Shown: positions 1 to 7,078 of the stretch, one piece after another
Layout: every line of letters begins with the position of its first letter
Numbering within the stretch: position 1 is the first letter of the stretch
Assembly (NCBI GenBank): GCA_964244895.1
Contig: CAXTKV010000070.1
Location: forward strand, 1-22,591
Direction: 5' to 3'
Length of the DNA: 22,591 nt
DNA from: an uncultured Deinococcales bacterium
Lineage (GTDB): Bacteria > Deinococcota > Deinococci > Deinococcales > JAAFIG01
Translations under genes and position numbers: made by a program
Notes under the pieces: model-generated
What the model was told of the DNA's origin: nothing
Databases searched by the model: none
What the model saw: the letters and a program-made list of their open reading frames with translations, nothing else

Positions 1-1
1 A

Positions 2-319
2 CGCACCGCGACGCTGGTTTTCGAGCACGTCGCTCAGAACCGCGATCTGGTGCGCGTGCTGCTGCGCACGCGCAACGTCAGCCCCTTGATGCCGCGCATT
101 TTTGCGTTCAGCGCCCAACTGATGCTGGAAACCCTGACGCCCAGACCCGAAAGCCCGATCCCGCCCGAGATCGCCGCGCACCACATGATCGCCTCGTTCA
201 TCGAACTGATCGAGTGGTGGCTCGATCACGACGCGCCCTATCCGCCCGAACGCATGGGCAGCATCCTGAGCGCCCTGATCGTGCGTCCCACGCGCGAAAT
301 TGCGTTCCTGGGACGCTGA
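2..319 (+). CDS. TetR/AcrR-family transcriptional regulator, C-terminal part (5'-truncated by window)
   Basis: Frame is open from base 2 (RTATLVFEHVAQNRDLVRVLL...). The 'LIEWWL...YPPERM' pattern is typical of TetR C-terminal domains. Ends TGA 317-319. Confidence 0.7.
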   Translation, partial: RTATLVFEHVAQNRDLVRVLLRTRNVSPLMPRIFAFSAQLMLETLTPRPESPIPPEIAAHHMIASFIELIEWWLDHDAPYPPERMGSILSALIVRPTREIAFLGR

Positions 320-320
320 G

Positions 321-366
321 AAGACCGTCCTGGACGCGAATCAGCCGATGCGTCCAGGACGGTCTT
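321..366. terminator. 17-bp perfect inverted repeat between convergent genes; likely terminator and copy 1 of the palindrome family
   Basis: AAGACCGTCCTGGACGC (321-337), 12-nt loop, GCGTCCAGGACGGTCTT (350-366), running into TTTT on +. Lies between the stop codons at 319 and 374. Confidence 0.75.
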
Positions 367-373
367 TTGCGGT

Positions 374-1495
374 TCAGTGAACGCCGCTCTCGACGATCGT
401 GGCGTGCGAATTGATGGCGAAACGCACATTCTTGCGGAAGGCGTTCAGGTCGGTCGCGTTGACGTAGGTCATGGCGCTCTGCAAACCCTCGCGCAAGCGC
501 GTGACGGCTTCCGCGGCGTTCTGATGAAAGGATCTGAGCGTCTGCGACGATCCCTCGATGAAGTTGCGTTTTTCGGTGACCATCGCGCTGGCCATGCCGT
601 AAAGGTGAACCCCGATCAGTTTGCCGCCCTCGCGGATCAGCACCTCATCCTCGAAGCTGCCGGAGGCAAAAAACTTGCCCATCATCACGCCGTCCGAATA
701 GACCAGCGCCTTGACAAAATCGCCCGCCGCGTTGACGCCACCGTCCGCGATCAGTTGCGCGTCCGCGTAGCCCAGTTCCGCTCTGGCCGCATGGACCTGC
801 TCCAGAAGGGTGAGTTGCCCCACGCCGACGCCCGTGTTGATGCGCGTGGTGCAGACGCTGCCGGGGCCGACGCCGACCTTGACCACGAAATGCTCGAAGC
901 CGGAGAGTTTCATCAGCCAGTAGGCGTACACGAAACCCTCGACGCTGCCGACGTTGCCCAGGATCACGCCCTGAGAAATGCGCAACGCGCGCAGGCGCTC
1001 GAGCAACGGCAGCACCGCCGCGTTCGCACCGTGCGCGATGTCGATGCTCAAGAAGGCCAGGTTGGGTTCCTGAATCACGCGCTCCAGGAACGCATCCGAC
1101 TCGTTGATCCCGAGCGCCACGCCGACCATCGCGGGCGCGCTCGCTCGCACGTCCTCGAGCCGCGCATCGTCGCTCAACCCGACCCGAGGCAGGATGTGAA
1201 CCCCACCGTGCGTGCCGTCCTGCCCGCCGTCCCAGAGGTCGCGCGCGAAACGCGAACGCATGAACGACATGCTCGCACCGAAGGCTGGGAAAACCTCCAG
1301 GTTCCCGTGAACGCCGTGAAACCCCTCCAGCACGCGGACGCTGGTGCGCGAGACGGCGCTGCTCAAAAAGGTCGGCACGATGCTTTTGTCCGCGAAAGTG
1401 TAGTACGTCTGGTGGCGGTCGAAAACGTACAGCTCGAGCGCCTTCTGGGTGCGCTCAAAGGCTTCGTTGGCGATGTCCGGCGCGGTCATGGTCAT
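374..1495 (-). CDS. IMPDH/GMP reductase family protein, most like GMP reductase (no CBS domains)
   Basis: Catalytic loop KVGVGPGSVCTTRINTGVG, plus DIAHG, GNV, IADGG, VMMG, YGMAS and IEG motifs. Short flap lacks the IMPDH Arg-Tyr dyad. GGAGG RBS upstream. Confidence 0.85.
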   Translation of the reverse strand: MTMTAPDIANEAFERTQKALELYVFDRHQTYYTFADKSIVPTFLSSAVSRTSVRVLEGFHGVHGNLEVFPAFGASMSFMRSRFARDLWDGGQDGTHGGVHILPRVGLSDDARLEDVRASAPAMVGVALGINESDAFLERVIQEPNLAFLSIDIAHGANAAVLPLLERLRALRISQGVILGNVGSVEGFVYAYWLMKLSGFEHFVVKVGVGPGSVCTTRINTGVGVGQLTLLEQVHAARAELGYADAQLIADGGVNAAGDFVKALVYSDGVMMGKFFASGSFEDEVLIREGGKLIGVHLYGMASAMVTEKRNFIEGSSQTLRSFHQNAAEAVTRLREGLQSAMTYVNATDLNAFRKNVRFAINSHATIVESGVH

Positions 1496-1508
1496 GGGAG
1501 CCTCCAGT

Positions 1509-1955
1509 TCAGGCGAGCGCGATCAGCCGACGATGGTAATTGATCTGTCCGAGGTGCCAGTTCAGGTGTCCGTGCAGGTGAACCAGGAAATACCCGACGG
1601 TCATCGGGTGGCCCAGGACTTCCTGCGGGTACGGTCGCTCGAGCCGCGCCGGATCGAGGCCTTCCAGCACGGTTTCGATCATGCTCGAGGTCGCCTGTAC
1701 CGCCGCGATCACTTCGGCTTTCGGCACGCCTTTCGAACCGAATTCCGCTTCCCGGTCGCGCACGTAATCCGTGCCGCCCAAGAGCACGCCGACGTGCTGG
1801 TTGAGGTTGCCATTGACGTGCAACGCCAGGTTGCCCGCCGGGTTTTTGATCTCGCCCTTCACGACCCACAGCCCGGCTTCATTTGGGTACGCCTCGAGCT
1901 CCGCGACGAGTTTCGAGAGATCGCGCTGGAAGAGTTGAATCAAGCTCTGAATCAT
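1509..1955 (-). CDS. DinB-superfamily protein (DUF1572/DUF664-like)
   Basis: NPAGNLALHVNGNL, YVRDREAEF and HLHGHLNWHLGQINYHRR motifs; 148 aa. Confidence 0.85.
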   Translation of the reverse strand: MIQSLIQLFQRDLSKLVAELEAYPNEAGLWVVKGEIKNPAGNLALHVNGNLNQHVGVLLGGTDYVRDREAEFGSKGVPKAEVIAAVQATSSMIETVLEGLDPARLERPYPQEVLGHPMTVGYFLVHLHGHLNWHLGQINYHRRLIALA

Positions 1956-1967
1956 TGCTCTAGCATA
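1956..1967 (-). promoter_or_regulatory. -10 element (TATGCT) 6 nt upstream of the ATG; probable leaderless promoter of the DinB gene
   Basis: Minus strand reads TATGCT-AGAGCA-ATG, with no clear SD. TANNNT-N6-ATG is the usual leaderless layout in Deinococcus-Thermus. Confidence 0.55.
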
Positions 1968-1998
1968 AGCAGCTCGCGGCTCCCTTGCTCAAACCCAT

Positions 1999-2067
1999 CC
2001 CGAGGGCCAGGCGGGTTGTCCCTACGAGCACCTTACTGTAGGGGTGAATCTCGTATTCCCCTTCGGG
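1999..2067. repeat. Degenerate GTAG-type REP doublet (inverted pair)
   Basis: + strand GTAGGGGTGAAT-CTCGT-ATTCCCCT (2038-2062). Opposite strand GTAGGGACAACCCGCCTGGCCCT (GTAG end at 2025). CCCTAC and GTAGGG pair across a 12-nt spacer. Confidence 0.45.
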
Positions 2068-2145
2068 TTGTAACGATCCTTGCAGCCTTGCGTTGGGCTG
2101 CACCCGTCTCGAGCCACCGGTGTCCGGCCATCCCGGAGCGCAAGT

Positions 2146-2189
2146 ACACCGTCCAGCACGCATTGGCAAATTCGCGTGCTGGACGGTGT
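2146..2189. repeat. Palindrome family copy 2 (16-bp perfect stem, 12-nt loop)
   Basis: ACACCGTCCAGCACGC-ATTGGCAAATTC-GCGTGCTGGACGGTGT. Stem is identical to the core of the copy at 5463-5514. Confidence 0.9.
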
Positions 2190-2284
2190 TCCCAGTTCAA
2201 TCAGGTTTGCACGAACGCTTCAGGGTGCCGCAGGCGATCAGGGGCGTGCCATCCGGTTTGTCCGCGACCTCGCTACCAGCCCTA

Positions 2285-2320
2285 TTGACATATATTCTTA
2301 TATGGGAATATAATTCTCCC
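2285..2320 (+). promoter_or_regulatory. Consensus sigma70 promoter with overlapping palindromic operator; leaderless start of ArsR gene
   Basis: TTGACA (2285-2290), 18-nt spacer, TATAAT (2309-2314), 6 nt to ATG 2321. Palindrome TATATTC-N8-GAATATA (2291-2312) fills the spacer, as expected for ArsR autorepression. Confidence 0.85.
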
Positions 2321-2677
2321 ATGCCCCGATCACCGACCACCTCAGATGTCTTCAACGCCATCGCAGAAGCTCAACGGCGACGCATCCTCGACCTGCTCAC
2401 CAGTGGCGAGATGTCAGTGAATCAGGTCGCCGAAGCCCTGCAACTGCGCCAACCACAGACTTCCAAGCACCTCGGCGTGCTGAAGCAAGTCGGCCTCGTC
2501 AACGTGCGCAACGAAGGCCAGCAACGGCTCTACCAGCTCGACGCCAACCGGCTCAAGCCGATCTTCGAGTGGATACGAAGCTTCGAGCGCTTCTGGGACG
2601 AGAGCTTCGATCGCTTAGAGGATTACCTCAAGGAGCTTCAAACCGGAGAGCAGGAGGATTCCAGTGACGCCACCTGA
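2321..2677 (+). CDS. ArsR/SmtB-family HTH transcriptional regulator
   Basis: DVFNAIAEAQRRRILDLL...QPQTSKHLGVLKQVGLV...GQQRLY...FWDESFDRL. Start reassigned to ATG 2321 from the promoter position. Confidence 0.92.
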   Translation: MPRSPTTSDVFNAIAEAQRRRILDLLTSGEMSVNQVAEALQLRQPQTSKHLGVLKQVGLVNVRNEGQQRLYQLDANRLKPIFEWIRSFERFWDESFDRLEDYLKELQTGEQEDSSDAT

Positions 2678-3143
2678 AGCCGCCGGATCGCCCCGAGAAG
2701 TTTTCATCACCCGCGTCTTCGACGCACCCCGAGCCCTCGTGTTCAAGGCCTGGACGGACCCCAAGCACCTGGCGCAGTGGTGGGGACCCAAGGGGTACAC
2801 CAATCCCGTCTGCGAGCTTGACCTACAACCCGGCGGTGCAATCCGCATCCACATGCGTTCGCCCGAAGGCGTGGTGATCCCCTCCGACGGTGTTTTCAAC
2901 GAGATCAGCGCACCACAACGGCTCGTGTTCACCCTGACCAACTTCCCGGACGAGACCGGCCAACCTCAGCTCGAGGTTCACAACACCGTCAACTTCATAT
3001 CTGAAGGCCACAAAACCAGGGTCACGCTGCGCGCCATCATCACCAAGTCCACGCCCGCCGTGGCCGGGTCGCTGGCCGAGATGGAGGCGGGTTGGAACCA
3101 GAGCCTGGATCGTCTGATCGCCAGCCTCGAGCAAACCGAGTAA
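2664..3143 (+). CDS. SRPBCC/AHSA1 domain protein
   Basis: ITRVFDAPRALVFKAWTDPKHLAQWWGP...GWNQSLDRL. GGAGG RBS, GTG start overlapping the ArsR end. Confidence 0.92.
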   Translation: MTPPEAAGSPREVFITRVFDAPRALVFKAWTDPKHLAQWWGPKGYTNPVCELDLQPGGAIRIHMRSPEGVVIPSDGVFNEISAPQRLVFTLTNFPDETGQPQLEVHNTVNFISEGHKTRVTLRAIITKSTPAVAGSLAEMEAGWNQSLDRLIASLEQTE

Positions 3144-3342
3144 AGACCCCTGTAGCCACCGAACGCTCACCCAGGATGACCGCCAACGGCTCTGGGATCT
3201 TGCCCTCATGCCTTGAAGTTTCTCGAGAGGAGACGCAGCGTGCCGCAACGTTAATGACCATCGCCACCCGGACGGAACTCACCCGCAGAATCACCATCCG
3301 AAACTTCCGAATTCGCGAACGATCTTCGCAAAGGAGAACCCC

Positions 3343-4122
3343 ATGAACACAGTCACCTCCAAAGATGGCACCAGCATCGCCTTCGAGCAGTCGGGCCAGG
3401 GCGCACCGGTGATCCTGGTGAGCGGCGGCTCGGTGGATCGCTCATCGAACGCACCGCTCGCGGCGCTGCTGGCGCAGGATTTCACCGTCTTCAACTACGA
3501 CCGTCGCGGTCGAGGCCCGAGCGGCGACACGCTGCCCTACGCCGCCCGGCGCGAAGTCGAGGACATCGAGGCCGTCGCAGACGCTGCCGGTGGATCGGCG
3601 TACCTTTACGGTTCGTCGTCCGGCGCGGCCCTGGCGCTCGAGGCGGCACGCCAGCTGCCCAACAAGATCACCAAGCTGGCCTTGTGGGAACCGCCCTTCG
3701 TCATCGATCCGAACGCTCGCCCGCCCGCAGACACCGCCAAGACCTTCCACGATCTGGTCGCGGCGGGCCGCCGGGCTGACGCGGCGGAGTTCTTCATGGC
3801 CAGGGTGGTCGGCATGCCGCCGGAGTTCGTGGCCTTCGCCAAAAGCCAGCCCTGGTGGGCGGCGCAGGAAGCGCTGGCGCACACGCTCGAGTACGACGCC
3901 ACGATCATGGGCGATTACTCGCTGCCGACCGATCGCATCGCTCAGGTCAGGGTTCCCACCATCGTGCTGAACGGTGGCGCGAGCTTCCCCTTCATGCAAC
4001 AAACGGCGGAGGCCATCGCCAGACTCGTGCCGGACGCCGAGCAAATCACGCTCGAGGGCCAGCAGCACAACGTGGCCGCCGAAGCCCTGGCCCCGGCGCT
4101 GAAAACGTTCTTCGCCGCCTGA
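3343..4122 (+). CDS. Alpha/beta fold hydrolase
   Basis: SKDGTSIA, YDRRGRGPSGD, GSSSG nucleophile elbow and GQQH. AAGGAG RBS. Confidence 0.9.
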   Translation: MNTVTSKDGTSIAFEQSGQGAPVILVSGGSVDRSSNAPLAALLAQDFTVFNYDRRGRGPSGDTLPYAARREVEDIEAVADAAGGSAYLYGSSSGAALALEAARQLPNKITKLALWEPPFVIDPNARPPADTAKTFHDLVAAGRRADAAEFFMARVVGMPPEFVAFAKSQPWWAAQEALAHTLEYDATIMGDYSLPTDRIAQVRVPTIVLNGGASFPFMQQTAEAIARLVPDAEQITLEGQQHNVAAEALAPALKTFFAA

Positions 4123-4139
4123 TGCACCGGGAGGTCACC

Positions 4140-4688
4140 GTGGGAAGAATCGTGGTTTCAGAATTCCTGTCGCTCGACGGCGTGATGGAAGCCCCGCAGA
4201 ACTGGCACTTCCCGTTCGTCAGCCCGGACATGGCGGCATCCATCACCGCACAGACCCTCGAGGCGAACGCGCTGCTGCTCGGGCGGGCGACGTTTGAAGA
4301 ATTCGCCGGGCACTGGCCCTCGCAGCGCAACGACGAGCACGGCATCGCCGACAAACTCAACGCCATGCCCAAGTTCGTCGTGTCCAAGACGCTCGAGACG
4401 GTCAGCTGGAACAACTCGAAGTTGATTCGAGGCCGGGTGCTCGAGGCGGTCGCAGCACTCAAGCGGACGATCACCGGCACGATCTCGGTCACGGGCAGCG
4501 CCGCGCTGATCGAAGCCCTGGAGCGCACCGAGTTGATCGACGAGTACCGGCTGATGGTTCACCCAGTCATCGTCGGTCGCGGGAAGCGCCTCTTCGCGGA
4601 TGCGAGCCCGGCGCGTTTGAGGTTGACGGACAGCACGAGCTTCGAGTCCGGCGTCGTCGGATTGACCTATCAACCCGTCTCGAGCTGA
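4140..4688 (+). CDS. Dihydrofolate reductase/RibD C-terminal domain protein
   Basis: SLDGVME, LLLGRATF, PKFVVS, GSAAL and IDEYRLMVHPVIVGRGKRLF. GTG start at 4140 after GGAGG. Confidence 0.9.
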   Translation: MGRIVVSEFLSLDGVMEAPQNWHFPFVSPDMAASITAQTLEANALLLGRATFEEFAGHWPSQRNDEHGIADKLNAMPKFVVSKTLETVSWNNSKLIRGRVLEAVAALKRTITGTISVTGSAALIEALERTELIDEYRLMVHPVIVGRGKRLFADASPARLRLTDSTSFESGVVGLTYQPVSS

Positions 4689-4735
4689 ACCAGCGATCAG
4701 GCGCGTCCGTTGACGCGGCAAAGAAAGGAGCGACC

Positions 4736-4948
4736 GTGGCGAAGACACCGGATGAGATTTTGCAGAGCTACTACCGCAACATCGAAACGAAAACGGGCGT
4801 CAGCATCGAAGCCTGGTATCAGCGCATCCGTGCGAGCAAGAAAACGAAACCCGCAGAGATGATTGCGTGGCTCAAATCCGAGCACGGGTTCGGCCACGGG
4901 CACGCGGCGCGCCTCGCCTACGACGTGACCCACGAGAAGGACGCCTGA
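4736..4948 (+). CDS. Small DUF4287-like protein
   Basis: SYYRNIETKTG...WLKSEHGFGHGHA motif. AAGGAG RBS before GTG. Confidence 0.8.
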   Translation: MAKTPDEILQSYYRNIETKTGVSIEAWYQRIRASKKTKPAEMIAWLKSEHGFGHGHAARLAYDVTHEKDA

Positions 4949-5010
4949 GGCGATTCGGTTCGGTGGCCCATCGACTCAAGACCGTGCCTCGCGAGGCGCA
5001 GGGAGAAACC

Positions 5011-5346
5011 ATGTGGATCGTCGACCGCACCGAACTGCCGAGGTCTGGCACGGCCAGCCGCTTCGAGGGATACGCGTTCGAGACCGGCGTTTCGTTTTTC
5101 TGGGTGGACACGCTACCCGGCGAGGGTCCAGGGCTGCACGTCCACCCGTACCCCGAGGTGTTCGTGATCCACGCTGGGCGGGCGCGCTTCACGGTGGCCG
5201 ACGAGGAGCGAACCGCAGTCGGCGGGCAGATCGTGGTGGTTCCACCGAACACGCCCCATCGGTTCACCAACACCGGGCACGAACCGTTGCGCCTGGTGGC
5301 GATTCACCCGAGTGCCAGCATCGAACAGGTCTGGCTCGAGCCGTGA
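5011..5346 (+). CDS. Cupin-2 domain protein
   Basis: GPGLHVHPYPEVF and VVVPPNTPHRFTN cupin motifs. ATG 5011 after GGAG. Confidence 0.88.
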   Translation: MWIVDRTELPRSGTASRFEGYAFETGVSFFWVDTLPGEGPGLHVHPYPEVFVIHAGRARFTVADEERTAVGGQIVVVPPNTPHRFTNTGHEPLRLVAIHPSASIEQVWLEP

Positions 5347-5462
5347 CGGGTCGCTCCAGTCCCCGTTATGCCAGCCTTCGAGGAGCAGAGCGTCTCTCGG
5401 AGCTTCGCTTTCAAGAGCGCCTCCGTAACCCCGAAATCGCGGGCTCGAGCATCCCGTATCAC

Positions 5463-5514
5463 AAGAACACCGTCCAGCACGCATATCCAAACTCGCGTGC
5501 TGGACGGTGTTCTT
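5463..5514. repeat. Palindrome family copy 3 (20-bp perfect stem, 12-nt loop); may act as terminator
   Basis: AAGAACACCGTCCAGCACGC-ATATCCAAACTC-GCGTGCTGGACGGTGTTCTT, between the convergent cupin gene and paaK. Confidence 0.9.
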
Positions 5515-5747
5515 AGGTTGTTGAAAAAATTCGGGCGGAACTTTGCGCAGAATTGATTTCTCGGTACGAGTGCGACCCGGCCTTTATTCGACTCCCGGCG
5601 AAGTGATGCCCAGAGGAAAAAGTACCCGCTTCCCGAGATTGAAGGTTGATTACTGGGCTGCTTCGCAGGGGCGCAGCACGCGACACGCGCAGCGGAATTC
5701 AGTGATTCGAGAAGCTCGTCGTGACGTTCACCGGAGTTCTGTGGCGC

Positions 5748-7028
5748 TCAACGGTCCGCCCGCAAGTCCAGCACGCGCCGAAGCTTGCCACCCTCGCTGC
5801 GCGGCAGACTACCCGCTTCACACAGCTCGCAGGCAATAGAGATGCCCACCTGGGTTTTGACCAGTCGCACGATCTCGAGACTGAGCGCCTGATCGCGCCG
5901 CTGGCTCTCCACACGAAGCCGCAACTCGTCGAGCACACCCGTGCGTGAAAGCACCAATTGATAGTGTGAGCTGAGGTCTTCCAGGTGCGCCAGCACCGCC
6001 TCAATCTGGGAAGGATAGACGTTGACGCCGCGCAGAATGATCATGTCGTCACTGCGTCCCCGAATACTGTCCATGCGGCGCATCGTCCGTCCGGTGGTGT
6101 TCTGGTGCGGCAGCAGGCGGGTGATATCACCGGTCCAGTAGCGCAACAGCGGCATGGCAGTGCGGCTCATGCTGGTCAACACCAACACCCCCCACTCACC
6201 ATCCGAGAGCACTTGCTTGGTCTCGGGGTTCACGATTTCTGGGTAGAAATGGTCTTCCCACAAGTAGCTGCCCGTTTGCTCAGTCACGTCCTCGTTGCTG
6301 ACACCGGGACCGATGATTTCGGACAGACCATAAATGTTGGTGGCTCGCAGACCCAAGCGCTGCTGCACGTCCTGACGCATCGTCTCCGACCAAGGTTCGG
6401 CTCCCAACACCGCATAGCGAAGACTGATGGTCTCGGGCGTGTGCCCCCGGCGGATCAGTGCGTCGGCCAACACCAGCGCGTAGCTGGGGGTGCAGGCGAT
6501 GAGCTCAGGCTCGAAATCCTCAATCAGTTGCACCTGCCGCTCCGTGCCCCCGCCCGAGACCGGCACCACGCCCAGACCCAGTCGTTCACCGCCCGCATGG
6601 GTTCCCAGACCACCCGTGAACAGCCCGTAGCCGTAGGCGTTGTGAAACAGCATGCCAGGCCGCGCTCCGGCTGCGTACAGGCTGCGCGCGACCACCTCGG
6701 AAAAGACCTCGAGATCGTGCTCATCGTAGCCGACCACGGTGGCCTTGCCGCTGGTTCCGCTCGAGGCGTGAATGCGCCGCAATTCGGAACGGGGCACCGA
6801 ACACAACCCAAATGGGTATTGTTCGCGCAAGTCGCTTTTGAGGGTAAACGGAAAGCGAGCGAGATCATCCAGGCTTCGCAGGTCGGACGGACGTAGACCC
6901 GCCGCCGCAAACTTGTGCTGGTAGGCAGCGACACGTTCGTCCAGGCGAACCACGGTTTCCTGAAGGCGCTGGAGTTGCAGGGAGCGCAGGGCAGGCAGTG
7001 GCAGACTCTCGAGCTCTGGATTGAACAT
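5748..7028 (-). CDS. paaK: Phenylacetate-CoA ligase
   Basis: RIHASSGTSGK, NAYGYGLFTGGLG, IYGLSEIIGPGV and GRSDDMIILRGVNVYPSQIE. Last gene of the paa operon. Confidence 0.95.
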   Translation of the reverse strand: MFNPELESLPLPALRSLQLQRLQETVVRLDERVAAYQHKFAAAGLRPSDLRSLDDLARFPFTLKSDLREQYPFGLCSVPRSELRRIHASSGTSGKATVVGYDEHDLEVFSEVVARSLYAAGARPGMLFHNAYGYGLFTGGLGTHAGGERLGLGVVPVSGGGTERQVQLIEDFEPELIACTPSYALVLADALIRRGHTPETISLRYAVLGAEPWSETMRQDVQQRLGLRATNIYGLSEIIGPGVSNEDVTEQTGSYLWEDHFYPEIVNPETKQVLSDGEWGVLVLTSMSRTAMPLLRYWTGDITRLLPHQNTTGRTMRRMDSIRGRSDDMIILRGVNVYPSQIEAVLAHLEDLSSHYQLVLSRTGVLDELRLRVESQRRDQALSLEIVRLVKTQVGISIACELCEAGSLPRSEGGKLRRVLDLRADR

Positions 7029-7078
7029 CTGATGATCTCCTCACAGGAAAGGGGATTGAGAACAGCTACGCGACCCAC

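Noticed and set aside
1491..1504. Identical 14-mer GTCATGGGAGCCTC at the starts of the GMPR-like gene and paaZ (11882-11895)
   Set aside because: Mostly SD + ATG + Thr codon, so it is explainable by translation-initiation bias.
377..1543. Long antisense ORFs (377-1543; also 5985-6896, 9832-11208, 18382-19278, 19134-20039)
   Set aside because: They shadow well-supported genes on the opposite strand, are expected from high-GC codon bias, and show no recognisable motifs.
3092..3346. 84-aa ORF bridging SRPBCC and hydrolase
   Set aside because: Overlaps the SRPBCC gene by 52 bp, has atypical composition and contains no motif.
2146..5514. Palindrome family as integron attC sites or CRISPR repeats
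   Set aside because: An AAC...GTT pair is complete only in copy 3. There are no RYYYAAC/GTTRRRY boxes or extrahelical bases, spacing is kilobases, orientation is mixed, and no integrase or cas gene is present.
5565..5602. TTCGACTCCCGG as a tRNA T-loop or second att site
   Set aside because: No pairing T-stem, no CCA end, and the orientation is wrong relative to the tRNA-Trp fragment.
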